The translations under genes were made by a program, and so were the position numbers. Source: Candidatus Magasanikiibacteriota bacterium (GTDB taxonomy: Bacteria > Patescibacteriota > Patescibacteriia > Magasanikbacterales > GWA2-37-8). From it: DNA of 64,000 nucleotides. Of this stretch, positions 29,125-38,703 are shown in pieces. Numbering within the stretch: the first letter of the stretch is position 1; every line of letters begins with the position of its first letter. The stretch spans positions 5,039-69,038 of the forward strand of contig JBAYNU010000002.1 of assembly GCA_041678665.1 (NCBI GenBank), read 5' to 3'. The notes beneath the pieces were generated by a model. That model was not told where the DNA came from. It saw only the letters and a list, made by a program, of their open reading frames with translations, and did not search any database.

Positions 29125-31299
29125 ATGTTTAAACGAATATTAATTGCCCTATTTTGTCTGTTGTTTCCGGTCTTGACGTTGGCCCAGTCTGATTTCAACC
29201 CCAACTTCATTATTTCGGATACTGAAACGCAAGATAGCAATTGCTGGACCCGCAACGATGTCCAGCAATTTTTAACTGCACGTGGCAGTTTTTTGCGTAA
29301 CTATACTTGCGCCGATGCCAGTGGCACCACCAAAACAGCGGCCGATATTATTTACGAAGCGGCACAAACTTATAATATCAACCCTAAATTTTTATTGGTA
29401 ACCCTGCAAAAAGAACAAAGTTTGGTAACCGATGACTCGCCTTCGCAAAAACAATTGGATTGGGCGACTGGGTATAGTGTGTGCGATTCATGCTCAATGG
29501 ACGACCCGAATTTACAAAAATTCCGCGGATTCGGTAAGCAAGTGGATAACGCGGCGGGCTTAATTCGCTGGTATTACGACAATAAAGACAATAAAAGTTA
29601 TATTAAGAAAAAAGACGCGCCCGTAATGATAGATAATACCCAAGTAACCCCGGACAGTTGGGCTACGGCATTTCTTTACACCTACACCCCTCACTTGCAC
29701 GGCAACAAAAATTTTTGGCGCATTTGGGAAACATGGTTTGGCCAAGTTTATCCCAATGGCACTATTTTTAAAACAGCATCATCGAGCGAATACTGGATGT
29801 TGCAAGACGGTAAGTTAAGAAAATTCAAAAATACCACCGCGCTCATTACCCGCGCCGACCCCAAAATGGCTGTGCCTATTTCTGAAACGGATCTATCCAA
29901 TTACCCAGCTGGTTTGGAAATTTCTTTTCCCAATTATTCTTTGCTAAAAACTTCGTCTTCATACTATCTGCTTGACTACGACACCTTGCGTCCGTTTGAA
30001 AGCGAAACAACGGTGTTTAAACTTGGCTTTAACCCGCAAGAAGTAATTGATGTAACCGAAACGGATTTAGCTGGATATTTGGTCGGTGCCACCATCACCG
30101 CGTCTTCCACCGCTCCCACCGGTATTATTTATTATGTGCCGGAATTAAAAGAACCCTACTATTATATCAAGGATGGGGTGGCGCGAGTGATTATTGACAA
30201 GCGCGTGGTAGAAGTCAACTTTAAAAAACTTAAAGTGGAAAAACGCGCGATTAAAGATTTACGCAAATTTACTTTGGCTAATGATTTAATAAATTTTAAA
30301 GACGGTATATTACTAAAAGCTAAAGAATTTAAATCCATCTATGTAATTGAAGACGGCCAGGCGCGCGCCATTGCTGATAATGATACCTTCAACGCCCTAG
30401 GATATAAACACGAAAATATTATCACTGTCCCACTCACAACTCTTATGGCCCTGCCTCAAGGCGAGCCGTTATATTTAAATACTTCCCTACTCTCTAAAAC
30501 TGATAAATTTCTAGGTGATTCCGAGGCAAACGTTGATGATTTGTTTGGATCCAAACTGCCGGTGTATTTAATTGCCGAATATCCCAGCGGTCGTATTATT
30601 TCCGGGAAAAATATTGATACTCAACGGCCAATTGCTTCAATTGTAAAAATTCTTACGGCTTATGAAGCTTTAAATCAAAGTTTTGATTTGAAAAAAACCA
30701 CTGTCTATAAATCCAAACTTTACGCTTCCGAAGGCAACCCGCTCAAATTTAAAGATGGACAGAAAATTTCCAATAGTGATATTTTTGCCTCCATGCTGGT
30801 AATTTCAGCTAATACTTGCGCGCGTATAGTGGCGCAAACTAGCGGGTTAACTACAGAAGAAGGTTTTATCCATGCCATCAACAACCGTTTAGCTGACTGG
30901 GGAGCAGATAATTCCAAAATGGTCGAGCCAACCGGCCTTGATCCAAACAATGTTTCCACAGCCCGAGATTTACTTAAGATATTTGTCAAAATCCTTAAAA
31001 ATGATATAATTAAAGACAGTCTAGATGACGTCAATTACAAGCTAAATACTATATTTTCCGGCAAAACTAGACGAACCATTACTAACACCAATTTACTTTA
31101 TCAACAAAAAAAACTACCTTATAAAATTTTAGCCAGTAAAACCGGCTACATTGACGAATCGGGTTCGAATTTAATAATACTTATCGAAGATCCGAAAACA
31201 AAAAAACAATATGTAATCATCACTTTAGGAGAATCAAATTATGCCAATCGCTTTGTCGAGCCGGATAAAATGGCCAAATGGACCATCAATCAAAAATAA
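29125..31299 (+). CDS. secreted protein with large N-terminal domain of unknown function and C-terminal S11 (PBP5-type) D-alanyl-D-alanine carboxypeptidase domain
   Basis: signal peptide MFKRILIALFCLLFPVLTLA; SIVK (SxxK), SAN (SxN), KTG motifs in the C-terminal 250 aa. Confidence 0.7.
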   Translation: MFKRILIALFCLLFPVLTLAQSDFNPNFIISDTETQDSNCWTRNDVQQFLTARGSFLRNYTCADASGTTKTAADIIYEAAQTYNINPKFLLVTLQKEQSLVTDDSPSQKQLDWATGYSVCDSCSMDDPNLQKFRGFGKQVDNAAGLIRWYYDNKDNKSYIKKKDAPVMIDNTQVTPDSWATAFLYTYTPHLHGNKNFWRIWETWFGQVYPNGTIFKTASSSEYWMLQDGKLRKFKNTTALITRADPKMAVPISETDLSNYPAGLEISFPNYSLLKTSSSYYLLDYDTLRPFESETTVFKLGFNPQEVIDVTETDLAGYLVGATITASSTAPTGIIYYVPELKEPYYYIKDGVARVIIDKRVVEVNFKKLKVEKRAIKDLRKFTLANDLINFKDGILLKAKEFKSIYVIEDGQARAIADNDTFNALGYKHENIITVPLTTLMALPQGEPLYLNTSLLSKTDKFLGDSEANVDDLFGSKLPVYLIAEYPSGRIISGKNIDTQRPIASIVKILTAYEALNQSFDLKKTTVYKSKLYASEGNPLKFKDGQKISNSDIFASMLVISANTCARIVAQTSGLTTEEGFIHAINNRLADWGADNSKMVEPTGLDPNNVSTARDLLKIFVKILKNDIIKDSLDDVNYKLNTIFSGKTRRTITNTNLLYQQKKLPYKILASKTGYIDESGSNLIILIEDPKTKKQYVIITLGESNYANRFVEPDKMAKWTINQK

Positions 31300-31363
31300 T
31301 TTTTTCAAAATCTGTTACCCAAAACCTGCCGGCAGGCAGGGCTAACAGCTATTAACTAAACAT

Positions 31364-32161
31364 ATGTCTCTCGTTTTCGCCGCTATTGCGCCTCATCCGC
31401 CAATCTTAATACCCACTATCGGCCAAGAAGCATTGAAAAAAATTAACAAAACCAAAAGAGCTCTTGAACAACTGGAAGAAGATTTATATTTGAGCAAACC
31501 CGATATATTATTGGTAGTTGCTCCTCATAATAATTTGATGACCGATGCTTTTACTCTCAATGTTTGCACGGAATACGAAACTGACTTACGCGATTTTGGT
31601 GATTTATCTACCCGTCTTAAATTTAAAGGTGATATTGGCTTGGCCACCAATATTTTGGAAGCCAGCAAGGATACCAACGTCCCCACGGTAATGTTTAGTG
31701 AAAGATTAATTGATCACGGGGCAACAGTGCCACTTTTTTGCCTAGCCAACCATATTACCAATGCCAATATAATTCCGGTTGGATTCGCGACAGATTTGGG
31801 TTGGAAAAAACATGTTGATTTTGGTACGTTGATAAAAGATCAAATCATGAACACCAACAAGCGGGTGGCGGTAATTGCTTCGGGTGATTTATCGCACGCC
31901 CTCACCTCTGATTCACCAGCTGGATTCAATACCGCCGGCGTGGAATTTGATACTAAAATTCAAGAATTTCTACCCAATAAAAATTTAGTAGGCATGATGC
32001 AGTGGGAAGAAAAATTTATCAAAAATGCAGCCGCCGATGCTGGTTTTCGTACCATTCTTATTCTTATGGGAATTTTACATGATGTTAACTATACCTACAA
32101 ATCCTACTGCTACGAAAATCCGTTGGGGGTGGGATATTTAACAGCGAATTTTGTGTTATAA
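31364..32161 (+). CDS. class III extradiol dioxygenase-like (LigB/DODA/Memo superfamily) protein
   Basis: N-terminal AIAPHPP and VVAPHNN motifs resembling the HGSP and SAHW motifs of the LigB family. Confidence 0.5.
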   Translation: MSLVFAAIAPHPPILIPTIGQEALKKINKTKRALEQLEEDLYLSKPDILLVVAPHNNLMTDAFTLNVCTEYETDLRDFGDLSTRLKFKGDIGLATNILEASKDTNVPTVMFSERLIDHGATVPLFCLANHITNANIIPVGFATDLGWKKHVDFGTLIKDQIMNTNKRVAVIASGDLSHALTSDSPAGFNTAGVEFDTKIQEFLPNKNLVGMMQWEEKFIKNAAADAGFRTILILMGILHDVNYTYKSYCYENPLGVGYLTANFVL

Positions 32162-32269
32162 AAACACTACTCCCTCCCCTCTTAGGGGAGGGATAAAGGG
32201 CGGGGTATTTGGTTGGCCTTTATACCCCCACCTCTATCCTCCCCTTAAGAGGGGGAGGAAAACTACTCT
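32162..32269 (+). other. GC-rich triple-hairpin intergenic element
   Basis: TCCCTCCCCT/AGGGGAGGGA, GGGGTAT/ATACCCC and CCTCCCC/GGGGGAGG stems within about 105 nt in an AT-rich genome. Confidence 0.4.
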
Positions 32270-32560
32270 ATGGACGGCATTAGAAACATCTTGACAAAAC
32301 AGGCAAAAGATGCTATTAAACCCAATAAAAACATCCACTCCGAGGCTCATTATTGGGCCGACGTAATATCTTCGGCTTTTGGGGAACGCAAAAAATTCGG
32401 AATGTATTTAGGGATAATTAAACGAATTGGTGTGTCAGAAGCGCGCCGAATTTTTTCAGAAATTAATGACAGCCATGTGGCCAGCCCAGCCAAATTATTT
32501 TTATGGAAAGCGAGCAAGAAAAGTTTGGAGTCAACAGTTCAGAGCCAACAAAAAATATGA
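32270..32560 (+). CDS. hypothetical protein
   Basis: 96 aa ORF; stop overlaps def start (ATGA). Confidence 0.4.
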   Translation: MDGIRNILTKQAKDAIKPNKNIHSEAHYWADVISSAFGERKKFGMYLGIIKRIGVSEARRIFSEINDSHVASPAKLFLWKASKKSLESTVQSQQKI

Positions 32561-33045
32561 TTCTAAAAATCACCACCGAACCCAATCCAATTTTGCATAA
32601 AGTCGGCGCGCAAATAGCCCCGACTAATTTAATATCGGGAAAATATAATCAATTAATCGTCGACATGGTCGAAACAATGTATGCCGACGATGGTGTTGGC
32701 ATCGCCGCACCCCAAGTTGGCCAGTCTATTCAATTATGCGTGATTGCTAAACAATATAACCCAATTGATGCTAAACAAGACTTAATTTTAATTAATCCGG
32801 TCTGGGAAAAACTATCCATTCTCAAAAAAACTGATGAGGAAGGTTGTTTGTCTGTCCCTAATATTTACGGCAAAGTTAAGCGCTATACAAAAATTAGAGT
32901 GAAAGCGTTTGACCAGGCCGGTAAACCCATTAGTTTTATTGCCAAAGACTTCCCTGCTCGTATCATTCAACACGAAGTCGACCATCTCGATGGAATTTTG
33001 TTTATTGAGAAAGCAAAAAATTTACATAAAATAGAGAAGGAATAA
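32557..33045 (+). CDS. def: peptide deformylase
   Basis: GVGIAAPQ, EGCLSVP and HEVDH motifs. Confidence 0.9.
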   Translation: MILKITTEPNPILHKVGAQIAPTNLISGKYNQLIVDMVETMYADDGVGIAAPQVGQSIQLCVIAKQYNPIDAKQDLILINPVWEKLSILKKTDEEGCLSVPNIYGKVKRYTKIRVKAFDQAGKPISFIAKDFPARIIQHEVDHLDGILFIEKAKNLHKIEKE

Positions 33046-33051
33046 TCAGTT

Positions 33052-33888
33052 ATGTTTTTGTCTTTTACCATCATCGCTATTGGTTCGGCCTTTTTTGCCG
33101 CTATCGCAAACATCATAGCACGATCCTTGTTAAAAAATTTGAGTTCGCGTGATTTTGTTGGAATAAATTTTTTAACAATGGGCGCAACCATGGTATTGGT
33201 CTCGCCTTTTTTTTATCATTTTCAAGCGACCATTTGGTTAATAATTATCTTGGCCGGAATGGCGCTCGTCGACACGCTCGCTAATTATCTTTATTTTAAG
33301 ACCTTCGAAAATACCGAAGCCATCATAGCCACCCCCATTCTTTCTCTAATCCCGGCATTCACTTTTTTCTTTAGTTGGATTATCTTAAAAGAAAACACTG
33401 GTTGGCAAACTTATTTAATTTGCTTAATTATAATTTTGGCGGTGGTATTTTTTTCCGTTGACTTCAAAAATTTTTCACAATTTAAGAAATTTACACTCGT
33501 ACCAGCCATTTCCTCGGCTATTTTATTTGGTCTTACTGCCATCCCACTAAAAATACTTCTAAGCAGCGGCGCTATTAACTCCCCCACTCTTTATATGTAT
33601 CGCGCCGGCTTCATTGCTCTGTTCTCTTTGTTGTTTTTCAAATTTCCGCTACGAGATATTTCCACCAAACAATACTGGACGATATTTGCTCGTGGCCTGT
33701 TCGTCATCGCCCAATATATATTATTATATTTTGCCATCAACCAAGGTAACACTGGTGTGGCGCTAACCTTGGGTAATATTACTCCGGTTTTTGTATTTAT
33801 CTTGGGGATCATATTTTTACACGAAAAACCAACTATTAAAAAAGCTCTAACGGCTACCCTTATTTTGATATTATCTTTAATTATATGA
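33052..33888 (+). CDS. EamA/DMT family transporter
   Basis: 10 TM helices in two EamA-like halves. Confidence 0.75.
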   Translation: MFLSFTIIAIGSAFFAAIANIIARSLLKNLSSRDFVGINFLTMGATMVLVSPFFYHFQATIWLIIILAGMALVDTLANYLYFKTFENTEAIIATPILSLIPAFTFFFSWIILKENTGWQTYLICLIIILAVVFFSVDFKNFSQFKKFTLVPAISSAILFGLTAIPLKILLSSGAINSPTLYMYRAGFIALFSLLFFKFPLRDISTKQYWTIFARGLFVIAQYILLYFAINQGNTGVALTLGNITPVFVFILGIIFLHEKPTIKKALTATLILILSLII

Positions 33889-34901
33889 AAAAAATACTTG
33901 TACTATTTTGCGGCGGCACAATAGCTATGCACAAAAGTAAAACCACTGGAGCGTTAGATGTGCAAAACAAACAGATATCTGATTGGCTTTTAAAATTGGA
34001 GCCGCGTTTGGCTGATATCGCTAAAATTACCACTGAATTTATTGATAATATCGATAGCACTAATATCACCCATGTACTTTGGGAAAAATTGGTGCAAAAA
34101 ATTAATGATAACTATACCAGATATGATGGCTTCCTAATAACGATGGGTACTAATACCTTGGCCTATGCTTCAAGCGCTCTGTCATTCGCTTTATTAAAAA
34201 TAGGAAAACCAGTGGTATTAACTGGCGCCCAAATACCCGCTGAAGGAATAAGTTCGGATGCTCATAATAATTTAGTAAACGGAGTGCGAGTAGCCAGCAT
34301 GAAGTTAGGTGGCGTATTTGTAGTATTTGGCAGTAAAATTATTTTGGGTTGTCGTGCGAAAAAAATTAGCGAATCTGATCTTGATGCTTTCAAAACATTC
34401 AACAACCGTGATTTTGGGGAGATTTCTATTGGAATAAAAATTAATGACAACAACCACCTTGGCCACACCAAAAAATTTACACCCAAAAACGGATTTGATG
34501 ATAATGTTGTTTGTCTAACTTTAATTCCTGGGCTAAAAAATGAACATATTATAGGTATTATAAACAACGGGGTACGTGGTTTGGTTATTCGCGCCTATGG
34601 CTCCGGTGATATTCCATATGATTTATTGCCATCTTTAGAATATGCTAGAAATAAAAAAGTGCCAGTGGTGGTAACAACGCAATGCCCCGGTGGAGCAACT
34701 ATTATGGGATTAAATGATGTTGGGTTAAAAGCTCTTCATACCGGCGTTATTCAAGCATTCGATATGAGTATGGAAACAATGTCAACCAAACTAATGTGGT
34801 TACTAAAACAAAAAACGCCTTACGAAAAAATTCAAATAAAAATGCACGAAAATATGTGTGGTGAAGTGGATATAAACCGAGCAAAAGTATTTCTCAATTA
34901 A
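33885..34901 (+). CDS. L-asparaginase (type I) / GatD-like amidohydrolase
   Basis: N-terminal LFCGGTIAM threonine-containing motif. Confidence 0.8.
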   Translation: MKKILVLFCGGTIAMHKSKTTGALDVQNKQISDWLLKLEPRLADIAKITTEFIDNIDSTNITHVLWEKLVQKINDNYTRYDGFLITMGTNTLAYASSALSFALLKIGKPVVLTGAQIPAEGISSDAHNNLVNGVRVASMKLGGVFVVFGSKIILGCRAKKISESDLDAFKTFNNRDFGEISIGIKINDNNHLGHTKKFTPKNGFDDNVVCLTLIPGLKNEHIIGIINNGVRGLVIRAYGSGDIPYDLLPSLEYARNKKVPVVVTTQCPGGATIMGLNDVGLKALHTGVIQAFDMSMETMSTKLMWLLKQKTPYEKIQIKMHENMCGEVDINRAKVFLN

Positions 34902-34910
34902 TTTTACCAA

Positions 34911-35657
34911 ATGCCTGAGTTGCTACAAACAATCGGATTATTGCTTATTGGCTGTTTAGCTAGTTTTATTGGCTCAATGGTCGGCGGTGGCGGATTGATC
35001 AATATCACACTGTTAATTTTAGTAGGGGTACCGCCAAGTGTAGCGATTGCCACTAGTAAATTTGCCGGTGTGGCGTCGGCGGGCAGTTCTTTTACAAAAT
35101 ACGCAAAAGATAAGCAGATTGTTTGGAAATATGTTGCGATTTTGGTCATTCTAAGTCTACTGGGTGCCGTCATTGGCTCTGAGCTTCTGATAGTGACCGA
35201 CGCTAAAATACTAAAAGCCATTGTTACAATTCTTCTATTAATTCCTATTCCTTTAATCTTATTTAGTAAAAAATCGGGACTTAATATTATTACTACCTCG
35301 ATATTAAAAAAAATTATCGGGTCGCTATTATATTTTGGGGCGGGTATATATGGTGGTTTCTTTGGTGGCGGTTCTGGTATTCTAACAATTTCATCTCTCG
35401 TTTTTGGCTACGGACTAACTTACGTCAAAGCTTCGGCCACAGATGTTTTGCCTTGGCTAATATCGTCGATTATATCTTGCGTTATTTTCTATCAACATGG
35501 ATTAATTAATTTCCAATACGGTATTATCCTATTTATAGGATCTATACTGGGAGGATATCTAGGCGCCAAAACTGCCGTTCTCAAAGGTAACCGTTGGGTA
35601 AAAATAATTTTTCTATTTATGACTGTAGCTTTAGTGTTTAAATTAATCTTTTCCTAA
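34911..35657 (+). CDS. TSUP (TauE/SafE) family membrane transporter
   Basis: 248 aa, 8 TM, GGG-rich loops typical of DUF81/TauE. Confidence 0.75.
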   Translation: MPELLQTIGLLLIGCLASFIGSMVGGGGLINITLLILVGVPPSVAIATSKFAGVASAGSSFTKYAKDKQIVWKYVAILVILSLLGAVIGSELLIVTDAKILKAIVTILLLIPIPLILFSKKSGLNIITTSILKKIIGSLLYFGAGIYGGFFGGGSGILTISSLVFGYGLTYVKASATDVLPWLISSIISCVIFYQHGLINFQYGIILFIGSILGGYLGAKTAVLKGNRWVKIIFLFMTVALVFKLIFS

Positions 35658-35661
35658 TTCT

Positions 35662-36615
35662 GTGATTTCTGTAAATTTTTTTGGCACACATGATTTTGCG
35701 GCGGGAATTTTACAGGCGCTAATTGACAGCGCTGATTTTGAAATTAAAACCGTTTTCACGGTGCCGGATAAACCGATTGGTCGCCATCAGGAAATACAAA
35801 AATCTTCGGTAAAAATTTTGGCGGAAAAATATGGATTAAGAGTTGAACAACCGGAATCTCTACAAAATTTTTCCTTACTCCTTACTCCTTACTCCTTAAA
35901 CATCGTCTGCGATTACGGTTTGCTGATACCGAAAAACATTATTGATGCCCCGGGTCATGGCTCTCTCAATGTCCACCCTTCTCTACTCCCAAAATACCGC
36001 GGAGCGACACCTGTTCAGACGGCTTTAATGAATGGTGACAGCGAAACCGGTGTGACAATAATGCTGATGGATGAGAAGCTGGATCATGGCCCGATTTTGG
36101 CGTGGAAAACGATCAAAATTGATCCGACCGACAATTACACATCTTTGAGTGAAAAACTTCTAGAAACGGCCAAATCTTTGCTTATAGACACTGTCCAAAA
36201 GTGGGTTTTAGGGCCAAAAATGCCCCCCCAACCCCAGGATGACTCCAAGGCGACTGTTTGCCACGAATTGACTCGCGCTGATGGCCAGGTGGACTTCTCC
36301 GGTCAAACCGCCCAGCAGGTTTATAATCGCTTCCGCGCCCTTACCCCTTGGCCGGGGGTGTGGACGATGCTGGGTGGAAAACGGGTAAAACTACTATCTG
36401 TCATTACCGCCATGCCTACCGGCAGGCAGGCGAAAGCAGGAATCTGTGGCAGATCCCGGGTCAAGCCCGGGATGACAGCTATTGCGGATAATCAAATATT
36501 TTTTACCTGCGCCGATGGTAATCCAATCGAAGTATTAGAACTCCAAATGGAAGGAAAAAAACCAATGACTGCCAAAGAATTTATTAACGGATATAAAACA
36601 CTTCTCCATGCATAA
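35662..36615 (+). CDS. fmt: methionyl-tRNA formyltransferase (contains two short repeat-derived segments)
   Basis: formyl transferase N domain (NVHPSLLPKYRGATP) and C-terminal domain; tandem CCTTACTC x3 at 35872-35899 and a family-A-variant segment at 36410-36480. Confidence 0.9.
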   Translation: MISVNFFGTHDFAAGILQALIDSADFEIKTVFTVPDKPIGRHQEIQKSSVKILAEKYGLRVEQPESLQNFSLLLTPYSLNIVCDYGLLIPKNIIDAPGHGSLNVHPSLLPKYRGATPVQTALMNGDSETGVTIMLMDEKLDHGPILAWKTIKIDPTDNYTSLSEKLLETAKSLLIDTVQKWVLGPKMPPQPQDDSKATVCHELTRADGQVDFSGQTAQQVYNRFRALTPWPGVWTMLGGKRVKLLSVITAMPTGRQAKAGICGRSRVKPGMTAIADNQIFFTCADGNPIEVLELQMEGKKPMTAKEFINGYKTLLHA

Positions 36616-38041
36616 CTTGTCCAATCGCGCTTTAATTTTTGGACTAATTACGATCTACGCGCTTATCCGCGTGGCTTCTTTTTTGACCTACGGAGAAACT
36701 GGCGCGCAAGAAATAATTTCTATAATCCTTGCCACAATTTTTGTATTTTTTTGTATAAAAAATATTTCATGGGCGTGGACTATCCTGATTGGAGAAATTT
36801 TACTTGACGGCGCCGGACATTTTTTTGAGTTAAAAAGTTTAATCCTACGCATCTGGTTTTTGGGGATTTTTACAATTATTTGGTTGATACAAAAAATCAG
36901 CGCGCGGGAAAAATTAAACCTTCCGCCCAAAAATGTGCTGATTGGCATGGTAACATTTGGTCTTTTTCTTTTTTATGCAATTGCCAACGGGCTAGCCCTG
37001 CGGCACTCCCCTATTTTTATCGCTCAGGACGCAATTTTATATTTATTTATTCTTCTGATTTTTCCCGCATTTGATTTTAAAAAATATTTTTTGACTCCTT
37101 ACTCAGTTATCGTTAAAACCTTCATCGTGGGTTCAGTAATATTTTCTCTAGTTACATTATTTTTATATTCCAGTGGACTGGCGATTTTAACCGATCCTTA
37201 TTATCATTGGTTTCGTAATATTGCTGCCGGAAAAATCACCGATCTGGGGCAAAATTTTTTTCGCATTGTTTTACCCGAACATTTATTTATTATTCCAATT
37301 ATTTTGGTGGTTGCGGCCTGCCTTATGCGTCAGCCAAAAAAACCCAGCCTTTGGATTTTAATGATTTGCGCTATTATAATTTTGGCGCTTAATTTTACCA
37401 GAATTTATATTTTGGCAATGATTGTTGGTTTGGTTGTTCTTTTTTACCGCGAAAATTTTAAAAAATGGTTCGCTGTATCAGTCGTCGCTTTGATAAGTTT
37501 GCTAATTATTTTTTGCTCGCTCCATCTTGTTGCTAGTCGCGGACAATCACTTGGTCTGGAACTGCTCGGCGTGCGAATGACCGGCATCCAAACGCCCGTT
37601 TCCGACCCAAGCGGAGCGATTCGCCTGGCGCTTTTACCGGATATTTTTCGGACAATAAAAAATAACCCACTGCTGGGCTCGGGTTTGGGTACGACTGTAA
37701 CTTATGTTGACCCCGCGACCAAAGAAACTCAAACTCGCACGCAATTTGACTGGGGATATTTGGAAATGATTGCTGAGTTGGGAATTATAGGTACACTTGC
37801 CTATTTGTCGCTTTTGGTTATAATCATTTTAAATTTATTTCGCGCGACTTATTCCATTGACGCGGAGAAAAATTTGCAACCTCTGCGCCGGGGACTATTC
37901 GCCGGGGCGATAGCATTGTTTTTTATCAACATTACTACGCCGGCGCTATTTCAAGGATTTGGCGTAATTTATTTTGTTTTGCTTATTTTAGCAAGTGATG
38001 TTTCCGCAAAATTGTCTCCCGCGCCACCTCGTATCTCTTAA
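36608..38041 (+). CDS. O-antigen ligase / Wzy-like polytopic membrane protein
   Basis: about 12 TM helices with large periplasmic loop near C-terminus. Confidence 0.5.
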   Translation: MHNLSNRALIFGLITIYALIRVASFLTYGETGAQEIISIILATIFVFFCIKNISWAWTILIGEILLDGAGHFFELKSLILRIWFLGIFTIIWLIQKISAREKLNLPPKNVLIGMVTFGLFLFYAIANGLALRHSPIFIAQDAILYLFILLIFPAFDFKKYFLTPYSVIVKTFIVGSVIFSLVTLFLYSSGLAILTDPYYHWFRNIAAGKITDLGQNFFRIVLPEHLFIIPIILVVAACLMRQPKKPSLWILMICAIIILALNFTRIYILAMIVGLVVLFYRENFKKWFAVSVVALISLLIIFCSLHLVASRGQSLGLELLGVRMTGIQTPVSDPSGAIRLALLPDIFRTIKNNPLLGSGLGTTVTYVDPATKETQTRTQFDWGYLEMIAELGIIGTLAYLSLLVIIILNLFRATYSIDAEKNLQPLRRGLFAGAIALFFINITTPALFQGFGVIYFVLLILASDVSAKLSPAPPRIS

Positions 38042-38687
38042 CCGACTTCGTTTTCCATGGTAATTTATACATAAAACTGGGCAGCCAATTACTTATCCCC
38101 ACTCGCCCCCCCACGATCGCTTTAAACAAAACTTCCGGCACAAAAACGCCGGTTTTATTTTGCTCTAACATAGTAAGCCATAAATCCCAATCTTGGAACC
38201 TCTTTAGTAGTTCATCCCAGACAGGGCAATCAACACGCTTAATAAGCGAGGTACACATAATATAATTAACTCTTTTTAATAAATCGGCGTCAAAAAAATT
38301 ACTCTTAATTTTTTTCCAACCAAATTGAAATTGCGAATAAGCATAACTAACTTGCGAATTATTCTTTAAAGCCGCCAACATTTTTGCAAGCATATCGGGC
38401 TTAGCAACCACGTCTGCATCCCAAAAAATTATGTAATCACCGTGAGATTCTTTGAAACCGCGATTGCGCGCCGCCGGAGCGCCTTTATTCTCTTGATTAA
38501 TTAATTTAATATTTAAAGATAATTTAATATTTTTATAAACTCTACTAAAATTATCGGTACTGCCATCATTGACCACAATTACTTCAAGCGGCCGATGGGT
38601 TTGACTTGCAACTGAACATAAACATCGCTCCAGGGTGTGGGCATGATTGTATACAGGAATAATTACGCTTATTAATTCATTGTCCAT
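37983..38687 (-). CDS. glycosyltransferase family 2
   Basis: VIIPVYN...VNDGSTD GT-A motifs. Confidence 0.8.
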   Translation of the reverse strand: MDNELISVIIPVYNHAHTLERCLCSVASQTHRPLEVIVVNDGSTDNFSRVYKNIKLSLNIKLINQENKGAPAARNRGFKESHGDYIIFWDADVVAKPDMLAKMLAALKNNSQVSYAYSQFQFGWKKIKSNFFDADLLKRVNYIMCTSLIKRVDCPVWDELLKRFQDWDLWLTMLEQNKTGVFVPEVLFKAIVGGRVGISNWLPSFMYKLPWKTKSVKRYEVARETILRKHHLLK

Positions 38688-38703
38688 AAATCTTAAATTA
38701 TTT

